Source of the DNA: Hydrolagus affinis
Taxonomy: Eukaryota
NCBI GenBank assembly: GCA_012026655.1
Contig: JAAILG010001405.1
Coordinates: 1-64,000 of the forward strand
Length of the DNA: 64,000 nt
Reading direction: 5' to 3'
Both the position numbers and the translations under genes were made by a program. A model generated the notes under the pieces. That model was not told the DNA's origin. It worked only from the letters and a program-made list of their open reading frames with translations, and did not search any database. The first letter of the stretch is position 1; the number at the start of each line of letters is the position of its first letter. This document shows, piece after piece, positions 62,066-64,000 of the stretch.

Positions 62066-64000
62066 GTGTTTCGGCAGCATGGGGGGGGGGAGGTGGTGGT
62101 GGGGGGGGGGGGGGTGGTGAGGTAGTGGTGGAGTATGGACAGCGCTTTTGCACAACCCTGTCCTCTCCCTTATTTGCCTATAAGTACAGCCACTCCATTT
62201 CATAGTAATTTGTGTGAAGCTCTTTGAGATGTCCTTCTGATGTGATAAGGCACTATACCAAAAGTAAGGATTATTGTTTCTATCAATAAACTTTCTTTCC
62301 TATTATTGACATTACTAATGCTGTTGCTCTATCAAACTTTTTTCTTATTACCCTTAAGCTTAAATTACTCCTTCACATTTCTTTCTTGTCAACTTTGTTG
62401 AAATTGAGACTCGTAACACTGTCTCCTACTCTTAATTAATTCTCCCACAATTTTAAAATCTGTAGGAGGAAGGAATAATAAGAGAGGTATTTGTTCCTCC
62501 TACGATTATAGTCAACTAATCCACTCTGGACTCATCTTGTTTCTTGTAACAATGATGTTCTTCTTTAAGTCTTGGCTGTGCATCCAAGTTTTTTAAAAAA
62601 AACTTTTTAAATAGATCTGTGACTGTATTTGCAAGTATTTAAACTCATTTGGAGGGTCCTGATATAATAATAATAATATCCTTTAATCCTTGCATTTGGT
62701 ATAGTGCTTTTCACAACTTCTAGACGTCTCAAAAAGGTCAAATGGGAGGACCAGTTATGTGTTCTGCATTGTTCATGTGGACCCTTTGCTTAGTTTACTA
62801 GATAGGAATTCAGGTTTAATAAAATATTTTATTTAGCTATTTTCTGATTTCCCCCACCATCTTTCCCACATCCCCCCAGCCAATGGCAGATATTGTTGCT
62901 TTTTACACTGATGATTATTATTATTAGCAACATTTAGACCCAGTGTACAAATCTGAATTTGAGTAATCCTAAATACATTACTTTCAAAGAAATTAAGATC
63001 TTAGTATTGTTGTGAAACAATATTAAATGACTATAAACTGAGGAAAAAACTTGATCAATCCCTAGCAACAATTTTTTAGGGGGTCAGACTGACAGATATC
63101 CCAACAATATCCAAACCAAGCTGAGATTTCCATGTATCCCACCTACACATGGAAATCCTAGAGATAATTGTTAGGGAATTCCACTAGCTCCCTGGAGGGA
63201 CATCCTGCTTATCTAATTCCCAAAATAATTTAGCACAGGCTGGCAAGAGCCTTGGCTTGGGGGACCGCTTAGTGTATGGTGGGGTACCGTTGGAGTTTAC
63301 CCAGCTAAAACCTGCATAGTTTGCAATTGATATAGCAATCTGGTAAGCTTCCATGCTGCTTGTCCAGCTATCTGTTAGGCCACCTCATCTGTTGGTGCTT
63401 TGACTTGCAGGGTTAACAGGAGCTGAGTGGGATGACCCCTCCCTACCCCCAGTGACTAGGAACAAGAACATCTATTGTGATGTCACTCGCTACAGCTCAA
63501 ATCTACTTTTTGCAGTTGTGATATGGAAACCATCTTATTTTCCAGTTTCTCAGCCAAGTGGATTCCTTTTTGATAGTGATGGATGAGGTCTCCACTCTTC
63601 CAGTTGCAGAAAGCTTTATCATATTGATATTTGCAGAAAATAGTAATTAAGGGACCTTTTAATATTCGTTGAGTTTGATACAGCGTCTTTCAAACCCGGG
63701 AAGACACGTCAAGGCACTTTGCAGGATTGACTGTGAAGTACAGTGACTAATTTTGTGGGCAAGTCACTCTAAAAAGATAGTTGGAGGTAAATCTCCCTAG
63801 GAAACTAGTAAACCCTGAAAATTGATGTATTAACATTTTGGGGTTGAATCCTTCACCGGGAATCGTATTTCATGTGCTAACCAATCTGCTGATGATTTCC
63901 AACACTTTGTGTTTTAATTGTTATTTTAAATCCTTCAAGGACATTTGGGGTTATTAAAAAGATTCTGTTAGATACACTTTATTGTATGGTTAGAAAGATG

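Noticed and set aside
2321-62203. Most remaining 60-190 aa ORFs in the track
   Set aside because: They are L2, CR1 or SINE remnants, low-complexity sequence, or read through N gaps. None encodes an intact RT or transposase.

Overview
Vertebrate genomic DNA, most likely a cartilaginous fish (L2 and CR1 LINEs, Deu-domain SINEs, an abundant tRNA-derived SINE and Penelope-like fragments suggest a chimaera/elephant-shark type genome; inference). Four genes are recognisable: the last five coding exons of UPF3A (+, 1327-11641), a single-coding-exon CHAMP1-like zinc-finger gene (+, 16781-18670), intronless SOWAHC (-, 56931-58952) and the first coding exon of SEPTIN10 (+, 59560-59586), head-to-head with SOWAHC. 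The ~38 kb between CHAMP1 and SOWAHC is mostly repeats, including several TIR-bounded DNA-transposon derivatives. There are two 100-N scaffold gaps. Highlights: (1) a ~100-bp intronic inverted repeat brackets the penultimate UPF3A exon, and skipping it would give an NMD-escaping protein with no EJC-binding motif; (2) this UPF3A carries the UPF3B-type EJC-binding motif; (3) the CHAMP1 orthologue lacks all SPE/WK/FPE repeats but has extra C-terminal zinc fingers; (4) the gene order joins human 13q34 and 2q13 genes and mirrors the Xq24 paralogon. Gene and repeat identities rest on recalled sequences, not database searches, and repeat boundaries are approximate.
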